Source of the DNA: Octopus vulgaris
Taxonomy: Eukaryota
Direction of reading: 5' to 3'
DNA length: 64,000 bases
NCBI GenBank assembly: GCA_951406725.2
Contig: OX597821.1
Location: 27,280,001-27,344,000, forward strand
Every line of letters starts with the position of its first letter. The first letter of the stretch is position 1. The notes under the pieces were generated by a model, which saw nothing but the letters and a program-made list of their open reading frames with translations, was not told the DNA's origin and made no database searches. The position numbers and the translations under genes are program-made. Below are positions 53,752 through 64,000 of the stretch, piece after piece.

Positions 53752-54589
53752 CATACATACATACATACATACATACATACATACATGCATACATATGGTG
53801 TGATGACACATTTGTACGGAAAGTTAAAAGATCATGACGCCGGCGTTTTTGATTAATAACTCCTCCTCCAATAAATTGTCAATATGCATTCCCCTGCACA
53901 CAGCAATAATATAACATAATATGATTGAGTTTTATGCCAGCAATGATAAAGTTGAAAATTGCCGCAGTATTACTTCTTGACTCCAGAGATGCTAGAAAGC
54001 ATAGATTATGAGGCGGTAGACGTGATGGCATCACATATTGCATTGAAATCCTGACCCATTTATTAATTTTATGGATTTTGGCACGGTTGCAAAATCTATG
54101 CCTGAGAACGGGCCTAATACTATTATTAAATGTTTTTCGACCATCTGATTCATCTATATGCGCAATATAATTTCCTTCTATCTATTGGAAAATATGTTAC
54201 ATTATGTATCAAAGAATTTCCGTTTTATTATAATGAAGGATATGTCACATACCTTTTCTTCGTCTTTATTCATTGTATAGCACAAGTAAGCCAGCCTGAT
54301 TCACCAACCATTAAAAAATCTCTATGCATAGAACTTTACCTAATTTTAAGTAGCATTAAGCAACCAACGCCATAATACAAGAAAAGAAGTCTACACTTTA
54401 AACCTTACTATTCCTGTAACCTAATATCGAATTGTATACGTTTGAGAATGAATAGTTATATTCGATGTTCTAATTCCAACTGTTATAATACTACCGAACC
54501 TCCTGCCCTGACTAATACACAACCATAAGCTTAGAGTCTCTCACCTCTGCTAAATGATTTGTCATTCAACAACCAGTTACCCTAACAGT

Positions 54590-55232
<643 letters not shown>

Positions 55233-55234
<2 letters not shown>

Positions 55235-56910
55235 TCCCTTTGATCCAGGATTTGTTTGAGCTTCTGGAGTCTTGCAGGCGTAGCGGGATTGCTACCGGCA
55301 GCCTACGGTACCATTCTATCCGTTCTTTTCCGCTTTCTAATGCTTTCTTGATTATTCTGGCCGTGCTAAAGAGACACGCGTTTTGTAACAGTTCTACTGG
55401 CACTCAATTATAATTTCCTTTATATTCCCCTTGATGATACTGTTCCTCAGGATTCAACTATGGTTAGCAATCTTCACCTGTTTTACATTTTCCTCAGTCG
55501 GGCTATTTCGTACTATTTTTTCGCCTTCCTTTATGATTGTTGATGGGTCAAAGGGGCACACAACATCAAGTATATAGCATGTGTTGTGCACAACTACTAG
55601 GTCCTATCTGTTATGCTGTTGCACCTGATCTATCCTGATTGGGAAATCCCAGTGAATTTTGCTCTTTTCCGGCTCCGCTACCCTTTGCGGTTTGATCACT
55701 TGACCCGTCTTTCCTCTCTCTATCTTCAATCCTCGCGCAGTTTCTAACGTATTACTTTCTGTACCTGATCATGACACCATAGCATGTGGTGGTCATGGGC
55801 AATTTAGGGCACTCATTCCTGATAAAGAGAATGGTTTCATCCACTCTATTGCAGATGAAGCACAGCGGAGACACTTGCTCATTCTTAGGTTTGACCGTCC
55901 AGTTCGGGGCCAAAGCTTGGTCTTGTGTGGCCAGTCTAGTGCTCTCGGTCTCTTTTGTCTTGTTCCTTTCATCAACGAATCCCGACTATTTTTTTGCTTG
56001 TGTAGTCCCTTGTTGCGTAATTCTTCTTCGTATCCTTTTCGTACTTCTTCCTTTGTTTTTCCTCCTTTTTCTCTGGTTTCCACACTCCCTCATTCTTAAG
56101 TGCATCTAGCAAATATTTCCTTACTTTGGGTTAGGTTTCTTATTAAGCTATCGTGTTCAATACGCATATAGTATCCCATACTTATCAGTCCTATTCCTCC
56201 ATTTGCTTTCTTCATGTATCGGCAATCAGTGTCTGCACGTGGATTATGGGTTCCATGCATCGTAAGGAGCTTTCTTGACTTCCTATCCACATCCTATATT
56301 TTCTGACATTTGGTACCGTTTCTGACATTCCTTGATGTCGATGTGTTTGATTCCAACTTCGGTTCCAACAACGTATTTTTAGATTTTCACCTCTCTTAAT
56401 ACTTCATTCTCTGCTGTCAATTCAGTTCCCCGGCACTTCATGCTATTCCATATAAGGCTTCTCATATTTTCTGCTATTCCATGCATTTCCATTGGTCTTA
56501 TTATCCAGGAGTGTGCTATCATATCGTATGTTTTACGATAGTCACTCTATGCCATGTTCAGGTTTGTGTGTCTTCTCATGCTGTTCTCCATATTCAGACT
56601 ATCAGTTAAGAGATGATCCTTCATTCCGCCCGGTTCCTGATTCGATATCCTTACAGTTCAATAGGTAGAATCCCACCTTTTTCCAAGTATCTATACAGTC
56701 CACCGGCCAAAGCACCTGGCATTAGTTTCCATATTATCGGTCTAAATTTGGATGAAACATTTCCCCTTTCAGGATCCTTGTCACATAACAATGCCTTTCC
56801 CTTTGTTATCCAGCTGGGTACTGCACCTTCCTGTAAGCACTTATCTAGCTGTTGTGCTATCCTTTCATGAATCCCTTTTAGCTTCTTCATCTAATAAACT
56901 TGGACCCCAT
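55233..56910 (-). mobile_element. R4/Dong-type LINE remnant with its 3' end on a (TAA)n array
   Basis: Minus strand gives GVQ..MKKLKGIHERIAQQL..PSWIT.G..FRPI, THNPRADTDCRY..GGIGL, KCLRC, WDFPI..RPD-like and LLQNACLFSTARIIKKAL. Confidence 0.88.
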
Positions 56911-57556
56911 ACTTAATTTGATGATGCTTAAATTGAAGTAGGAATCTTCTCACAAATATGAATACAGTTATAATTGCTATTTCGATTATCAAACGAATAC
57001 AGAAATTAGTGGCAATAAAACGTTACTTATAAATTTATCATAAATAAATGTACTCCACACGCAACATATTATACAGCTTCTCATGTTTATATACACTTAG
57101 GAGATCCTGTTATTTTACTTAATGCTATTTTTTTAACAAAACAAGGTATTATAACAAGTTCCTTTCTCCAGGCAATTTTTTATAAAAGCACCAAATATTT
57201 AATGCTTTATTTTAATTTTAACATATTTGTGTATGCAAGAACAAACATTGTTGTTTTGTTTTTCAGATTGTAGAGCACGTTCTGAATCCTTTGATCAAGA
57301 AAATCAAGTTACAAGGAATAATTTCTGAAGCTCTATTTCGCATAATTATGATACAAATCATTTACCATACCTGTAAACATAAACAAACTGACAGACACAT
57401 AAACATACTGACAGAACACACACACACACACGAACACACACAAACGGACACACACTCGCCCGTACACACACAAATGGACACACACACACGCATATTTATT
57501 ATTACATGCCTGCACAAATACCTACAAACGTGCCTATATATTTTTATGTATATATA

Positions 57557-57760
57557 ATTGACAGAATAACAAAAAAATATATTATTGATTTTTTGAAGTC
57601 GTCATTCGTACATCGTTTCAGTTATTTTATGCAATCATAAAAGCATTTCATCAGCAAAAGTTAATCGATATATATTTTCTGATGAAATGTGCTCATGATT
57701 GCATAATGTTATTGAAACGAATGTACGAACGAAAACATCGTAATATCAATAATTTGTTTA
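57557..57760. ncRNA. Two divergent hammerhead-like pLTR ends forming an inverted repeat
   Basis: Minus 57658-57605 reads TTTG-CTGATGA-..TTTTATG ATTG CATAAAA..-GAAA-CGATG-TA^CGAA. Plus 57675-57729 reads TTTT-CTGATGA..GAAA-CGAATG-TA-CGAA. Confidence 0.6.
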
Positions 57761-57947
57761 ATGTTATACTTAGAAACTTTTGGCGCTAGTTCCACGATTC
57801 AGCTTAACCATGCAAATATACGAAATAACCAGATGATATCGGAGTATACAAGTTTAAAGCTGAGTTAATAAGCGTCCCTAGTACTGTTAATATGTCGTTC
57901 ACTTAAAGTACGCTATATATGTGTGTGTCTGTGAAAAAAAAATGTGT

Positions 57948-58205
57948 GGAGGTGCAATGGCCCAGTGGTTAGGGCAGCGGACTCGCGGTCGTATGATCGC
58001 GGTTTCGATTCCCAGACCGGGCGTTGTGAGTGTTTATTGAGCGAAAACACTCGCTGTGCTCTTTCACCACAACTTTCAATTTTCTTCTATTGCCCTGCTC
58101 GCTTAGCCAGCGGGGTGGCGTCATTGAAGGCTAAAACAATGCGAAGCGCATTGTGACCAGCGATGTGTAGCAACATCTGATGGTCTGGTCGGTCACGTGA
58201 TCACG
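57948..58205 (+). mobile_element. tRNA-derived SINE, family C
   Basis: A box TGGCCCAGTGG, B box GTTTCGATTCC and a (CACGTGAT)n tail. Confidence 0.82.
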
Positions 58206-58336
58206 TGATCATGTATACACATAATTATACATATATAGATGCAGACATACACATGTATACAAGTTTATATATGATTATATTCACACAAACACACACAAAC
58301 ATATCTATATACATACACGTGTATATGTATACACGT

Positions 58337-58630
58337 GAAGGCGCATGGATTAGTGGATATGGTGTTGTACTTACAATTGCGAGATCATGGGTTCGAGTCC
58401 CAGACCGGGAGTTGCGTTTTTTTCTTGAGGAAATTTCATGTTGCGCTGCAATCATTGTATATCTGTAATGTGGCACTCGACTTCACCTGTACAGGTAATG
58501 TCGATTTGTTGGAGAGAGTGAGCTTATGTCTACACAAACATCTCACCACTATAAAGAAATCATCTGTGTGGTTTTTCGGTAAGTAATTTTCGAACCCACA
58601 CACATCGTCTAACGACGGGAGAGTCCGTTA
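58337..58630 (+). mobile_element. tRNA-derived SINE, family D-like
   Basis: GAAGGCGCATGGATTAGTGG..GGGTTCGAGTCCC and CORE-like TTCTTGAGGAAA. Confidence 0.68.
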
Positions 58631-58650
58631 TCTGTATACTTACATATATT

Positions 58651-58687
<37 letters not shown>

Positions 58688-58689
<2 letters not shown>

Positions 58690-59078
58690 TCTTATATTCT
58701 TTTACTTGTTTCAGTCATTTGACTGCGGCCATGCTGGAGCACCGCCTTTAGTCGACCCCGGGACTTATTCTTTGTAAGCCCAGTACTTATTCTATCGGTC
58801 TCTTTTTGCCGAACCGCTAAGTGACGGGGTTATAAACACACCAGCATCGGTTGTCAAGCAATTCTAGGGGGACAGACACAGACACACAAACATACACGCA
58901 CACATATATATATATATACATATATACAACGGGCTTCTTTCAGTTTCCGTCTACCAAATCCACTCACAAGGCTTTGGTCGGCCCGAGGCTATAGTAGAAG
59001 ACACTTTCCCAAGGTGCCACGCAGTGGGACTGAACCCGGAACCAAGTGGTTGGTAGGCCACACAGCCACTCCTGCGCC
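58688..59078 (-). mobile_element. Family B SINE, full length
   Basis: Near-identical to 23858-24248 and 40081-40508. Confidence 0.92.
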
Positions 59079-59137
59079 TATATATATATATATTTATATA
59101 TGCGTGTTTGTGTCTGTGTGCGTGTGTATGTATGTAT

Positions 59138-59400
59138 TTAGATTCAGATGAATATGGTACTTAAGACAAAGGCACCAGAATTTTGTATGGTATTATCCAT
59201 ATAAATAAAATGGGGGTGATTATAATCAAAATAAGCAACAAGTATATCCGAGGTAGAGTAGTACAATTGTTTCATACTACTTCATTTTATTAAACAATGT
59301 ATGTATTACATCAGTTTTAAGATATTGAGCAATCTTCAGCCACTTATAGAATTTTCCAATCAAACGGACAATACACATTCTTATCTCTATTTCATTTGGT
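59138..59400 (-). mobile_element. PLE pLTR fragment with hammerhead
   Basis: Homologous to 14622-14760 and contains the HHR at 59257-59344. Confidence 0.75.
59257..59344 (-). ncRNA. Type I hammerhead with long stem II insertion
   Basis: Minus strand reads AGTGG-CTGAAGA-TTGCT..(~59 nt)..AGTAT-GAAA-CAATTG-TA^CTACT, with a 5-bp stem I and palindromic ACAATTGT stem III. Confidence 0.75.
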
Positions 59401-59478
59401 AACATTATAAAGAGGGTATATATATAGACACAGAGGTTGATTTCATTCTTAAGAACATGATGGTAGCAAATTCACTCT

Positions 59479-59530
<52 letters not shown>

Positions 59531-59719
59531 GTATGTAAGTATTAAGATGTATATATATATAAATATACACGCACGCACACACATATGCATGTATTATCTT
59601 TAAAATCTAGATTGATAATAACTACAAAGTTTTGGGAATTCGCAAAGTTTTCTGTCTAAAGTATGAAACGAGTCTCTCATCTGAAAAATACAGAGAAATA
59701 CTTCAGTGTGATATTTGTC

Positions 59720-59895
59720 TCTCTTTGCTCTTTGCTCTTTTACTATTTTACTTGCTTCAGTCATTTTGACTGCGGCCATGCTGGAGCACCGCCTTTAGTC
59801 GTGCAAATCGACCCCGGGAATTATTCTTTGTAAGCCCAGTACTTATTCTATCGGTCTCTTTTGCCGAACCGCTAAGTGACGGTGACGTAAACACA
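59720..59895 (-). mobile_element. Family B SINE, 3' half only
   Basis: GACTGCGGCCATGCTGGAGCACCGCCTTTAGTCG..GAACCGCTAAGTGACGG. Confidence 0.88.
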
Positions 59896-60226
59896 CTCTC
59901 CACCTTTTCCTCTCCGTTTTTTCTCTCGCTATCTTTTTATGCTTCTCTCTTCTCTTTCTCTCTCTTCCTCTCTAATCACGTGAATACTTTACCGACAAGC
60001 ACAATATATTATAAGATATATTATAGGCAGTATAGATAGCGTATGCAGCAATTGTAATATTAGGTCGTTAGGAAACTGCTGTCCTATATTTTGATATATT
60101 TTTTCTAACTTGATTTAAGATGCTATTTTTGTAGTGTTTTAGAAGAAATTTTGCATGCTTAATAATTTATGTGTACTCCTTAATATATTTTTATTGATTT
60201 CTTTCAAATAGAATTTTGAATCGCAG

Positions 60227-60501
60227 GAGTCCTTAATTTCAAACTGGAAAGAAAAGAAGAATTTCATTTACTTCTTCGCATGAATTCAAGCTTGGATATA
60301 AAGCTTACTAAACAATCATCGTTATCAACAGAGCATGGGGTGAAGGGTCAACTAGTAATAGGACGGTACGACGGTCGTTTGAGGGATTCCGTAGTGAAGA
60401 CGAGATCTTCGAAAATCGAGAATGTAGAGGGCGACCTTGCCGATCAGCTTTTGAACAAAACTGACGCATATCTCAATGTTATGGACGCGTATCAAATCTA
60501 A
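60227..60501 (+). CDS. Candidate terminal coding exon (91 codons), unknown protein
   Basis: Acceptor TCGCAG|GA (phase 1), then an open frame GVLNFKLERKEEFHLLLRMNSSLDIK..AYLNVMDAYQI*. Locally GC-richer and non-repetitive. Confidence 0.4.
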
Positions 60502-60729
60502 GTGTGCAATTTGTATGTCATAACAAGAAAACAGAAAGAAAGATATCAGGTATTTAAGATATATACAAATAATTTTATATATACAACTGTTTATAAATGA
60601 TATATAAACTTTGCTGTGACCATGAATAGAATATAATGTTACAGAATATATAGCACCAATATAAAGCTTTATACAAAACGTATACAATTTCCAGATGTTT
60701 ATCATGCATCATGCACAAACTTTATCGTT

Positions 60730-61126
60730 CACTTGTTTTCTCATTGAACTGCTGGAGCACCACTCGGATTGGATTTTACTTTAGTCGAAGGAAGTGACAC
60801 AGATTACGTATTTGTAATCTTGGTACTTGTTATATCGTTCTATATTGCCGAACACTTAGACCACAGGGAATTAAGGAAACCGCAACCATTTGTTATGCGG
60901 TGATGGGGGACAAACATAAATATACACACGCGCAGACATTCACACGCATGCACCCACAAACACACACAGAGTTTTTTTCAGTTTTCGTCTACCAAATCTA
61001 AACACATGGCTTTGGGCAGACTGCACTGCAGTAGAAGTCTCTTGACAAAGTTGCCACCCGAAGGAACTGAACGCAGAACCACGTATTCTGAAGTAAGTAG
61101 ACTTGTTGCCACACAGCCACGCCTGT
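60730..61126 (-). mobile_element. Family B SINE, old diverged copy
   Basis: GCTGGAGCACC, TTCAGTTTTCGTCTACCAAATC and CCACACAGCCACGCCTG. Confidence 0.75.
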
Positions 61127-61739
61127 AGGATAATATTTAATAAAATACAGCATATATACAAATATTAAATATACGAGATAAAATATGAATATACTAAAAT
61201 TTTATAACATTATATAATTAAATATAACAACAAATATTGCATTTTAAATTGTATAAAAAGCCCAAAAACTAAACGTAGCAATAAACATATCTAATGATAC
61301 AAATATAGGCATTACATAATATAATGATATTACATAAAAATAATATAATACAAATATTTGTAAATACATGAAGAAGAAACGTGTATATATGTGTGTGTAC
61401 ACACTCACACGCACAAATACACATACACACACAACTATGGTATTTACCACAGTTTCTCATAAAAGTGCAGTAAAATTTAGATGTAGTTCCTACCAAATCT
61501 TGCTAATTTAATATTAAAAATTAATAGTCGGAAATATAGCAATGCAAACACTAATGCACAGACAAACAAAATATATTTACGTTTTAATTTACGAAAATAA
61601 TTTTGTTCCACTATCTTCAATTTTTAATTTCAATAAGTATATAAATTTTATTTGTTACTCTTTCATTGCGTCTACGATTTATAATTACATTTATATTTTT
61701 TCCTGCATATGTATCGCTCTGGTTGTGCAAGCTCAGCAT

Positions 61740-62242
61740 TATGTATGTATGTATGTATGTATGTATGTATGTATGTATGTATGTATGTATGTATGTATGT
61801 ATGTATGTATGTATGCATGTATGCATGTATGTATGTATGTATGTATGTATATATATATGCATGTATGTATGTATGTATGTTGGTATGCATGTATGTATGC
61901 ATGTATGTATGTTTGTATATATGTATGTATGTATGAATGCATGCATGTATGTATGTGTGATGCATGTATGTATGTATGTATGTATGTATGTATGGGTGTA
62001 TGAGTCTGTATGTGTGTATGTACGTATGTATGCATGTATATATATATATATATATATGTGTGTGTTTGTATGCATATACATAAGTATGTCAATATATATC
62101 TATGTATCTATCTATTTATCTATCAGTTTCTCTGTCTGCCTCTCTATGTATCTGTATATCTGCCTACCTGTCTGTATATCTATCAACCTATCTAATTATT
62201 TATCTGTTATCTATCCATCTAACTATATGTATATATACATAG

Positions 62243-62305
<63 letters not shown>

Positions 62306-62350
62306 TATAAATATATATATATTTATGTATATATATATATAAATATATAA
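61740..62350. repeat. (TATG)n, (TATC)n and (TA)n microsatellite complex
   Basis: Read directly from the sequence. Confidence 0.97.
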
Positions 62351-62678
62351 ATGATTCAGCGTATCCAATGTAAACACTCAGACATATATACACACGCGCG
62401 CCCACACATGCACATACATACATTTACTCTTTCACAAATATACTCATAAATCACAGATAAAAGAAAATTAAATATAAGGGAAATAATATGACGTAAAATA
62501 AAATTATAGATGTATTGAAAATAATAAATTATTGAAAATTATCAAATATAATTATTTCTGTGAAAGTAAATATAAATCAGATGATGCTGAATGTATCAAG
62601 TAGCAGCATCGAAAGGTGATGTTAAGACACTATTACGTAGTATATATATGTATATACATATACATATATATATGCATG

Positions 62679-62725
<47 letters not shown>

Positions 62726-62726
62726 A

Positions 62727-62759
<33 letters not shown>

Positions 62760-62816
62760 GTATATATATACATATATATATGTGTGTGTGTGTATAAATG
62801 TATATAAATATATGCA

Positions 62817-63367
62817 TATAAGGTGGATGACCACTAAGTGGGCATCCATTATGCTAGAGGTAGACTCCATATGGTCTGACCATATGCTACGCCACTGGTT
62901 TTAAATTGATATTACTCAAATTACTATTAAAATTTTCACATTTATTATTTAAATTTAAACAACCATGTTCTCTAACAGGCAAAATTCATTCACTGCAGAG
63001 AAATATTTTCTGCAGAATTATTTCCGCTATTTTGGCGCGACAAAACGAAGACTTTGAAAATATAACCCCAAATGTAATTGGTAGAACTATTTGCATGTTC
63101 AATCTCATGCGGACCACCCGTGAATAGTTCTGCAAATTATATTTTGCTATGACTATCACACTGATGAATTGCGGACATTACATAAGTGGTAACAATGACA
63201 GCGAGTTTGTGATTAATCGTTATATTTTGAATCTTTTCATTTGTCTTGCTCGCTAACGTTCTGGCGTTTGCTGAATTTTCTCGAGAACAATCTTTTCTTT
63301 GTGGTCAGACCATATGGGGACTATCTCTTACATAATAGATGTTCACTTAGTGGTCATCCCTCTTATA
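62817..63367. mobile_element. MITE (~550 bp) with ~65-bp TIRs and TA flanks
   Basis: TATAAGGTGGATGACCACTAAGTG..CCATATGGTCTGACCA is mirrored at 63302-63367. A third copy of the left end lies at 63735-63823. Confidence 0.8.
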
Positions 63368-63472
63368 CGTATGTAATATAGGTTTTCTGAATTTTCAGAT
63401 TTTTCATATGCTATTCATTGCTTTTAAACTGATATTAATCAAATTTATATACAATTTTTCACCCTTATTGTT

Positions 63473-63561
<89 letters not shown>

Positions 63562-63565
<4 letters not shown>

Positions 63566-63685
63566 AAAGTTTACGAAAAAAAAACAAAAGACGATGACAG
63601 GTGGTGTACAAAACAAATAGATGTATTAGTATAACGCTCAGGAATAGAAAAAAGTATTTTACGTTTCGAGCCTACGCTCTTCTAC

Positions 63686-63692
<7 letters not shown>
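63562..63692 (-). ncRNA. PLE pLTR end with 8-nt-core hammerhead-like motif (63656-63692)
   Basis: Minus strand reads CTTT-CTGTAGAA-GAGC-GTAG-GCTC-GAAA-CG-TA^AAA. It has a perfect 4-bp stem II and (TA)n on both sides. Confidence 0.7.
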
Positions 63693-63734
<42 letters not shown>

Positions 63735-63822
63735 TATAAGCCGGATAACCACTAAGTGGGCATCCATTATGCTAGAGGTAGACTCCATATGGTCTGACCA
63801 TATGCTAGGCCACTGGTTTTAA

Positions 63823-63871
<49 letters not shown>

Positions 63872-64000
63872 TATATAAAGGGAAAGTTTACGATGTATGT
63901 ATGTTTTTAAAATGCTTGCCTTATGTCTGTATTATATGTCTGATACATGCACTGTGTTGTGCTTCATAGGAGTTACTAATTCTTCGTTTGTGTGTCTGGT

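Overview
This is AT-rich, microsatellite-saturated animal DNA with one 100-N scaffold gap (17737-17836). The SINE heads and repeat landscape resemble an octopus or other coleoid cephalopod genome; that is an inference from recall, not from a search. No intact host gene is recognisable, and nearly all short ORFs are translations of (TA)n, (CA)n, (TATG)n or trinucleotide arrays. The window is a transposon graveyard. It holds at least five R4/Dong-type RLE LINE remnants at (TAA)n arrays, two head-to-tail L1/Tx1-type LINEs, Tc1/mariner remnants, several MITEs (one carrying TTAGGG repeats), a Helentron-associated-like element and about 17 tRNA-derived SINE copies. The most notable layer is many Penelope-like element (PLE) fragments, mostly in (TA)n. 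Their pseudo-LTRs (pLTRs) carry about ten minimal type I hammerhead ribozyme (HHR) motifs with several non-canonical cores. One pLTR has a tRNA-like Pol III cassette just upstream of its hammerhead, and another lies next to an intact ORF of unknown family. A low-confidence chain of phase-compatible + strand exons (33.4-60.5 kb) may be a decayed host gene.
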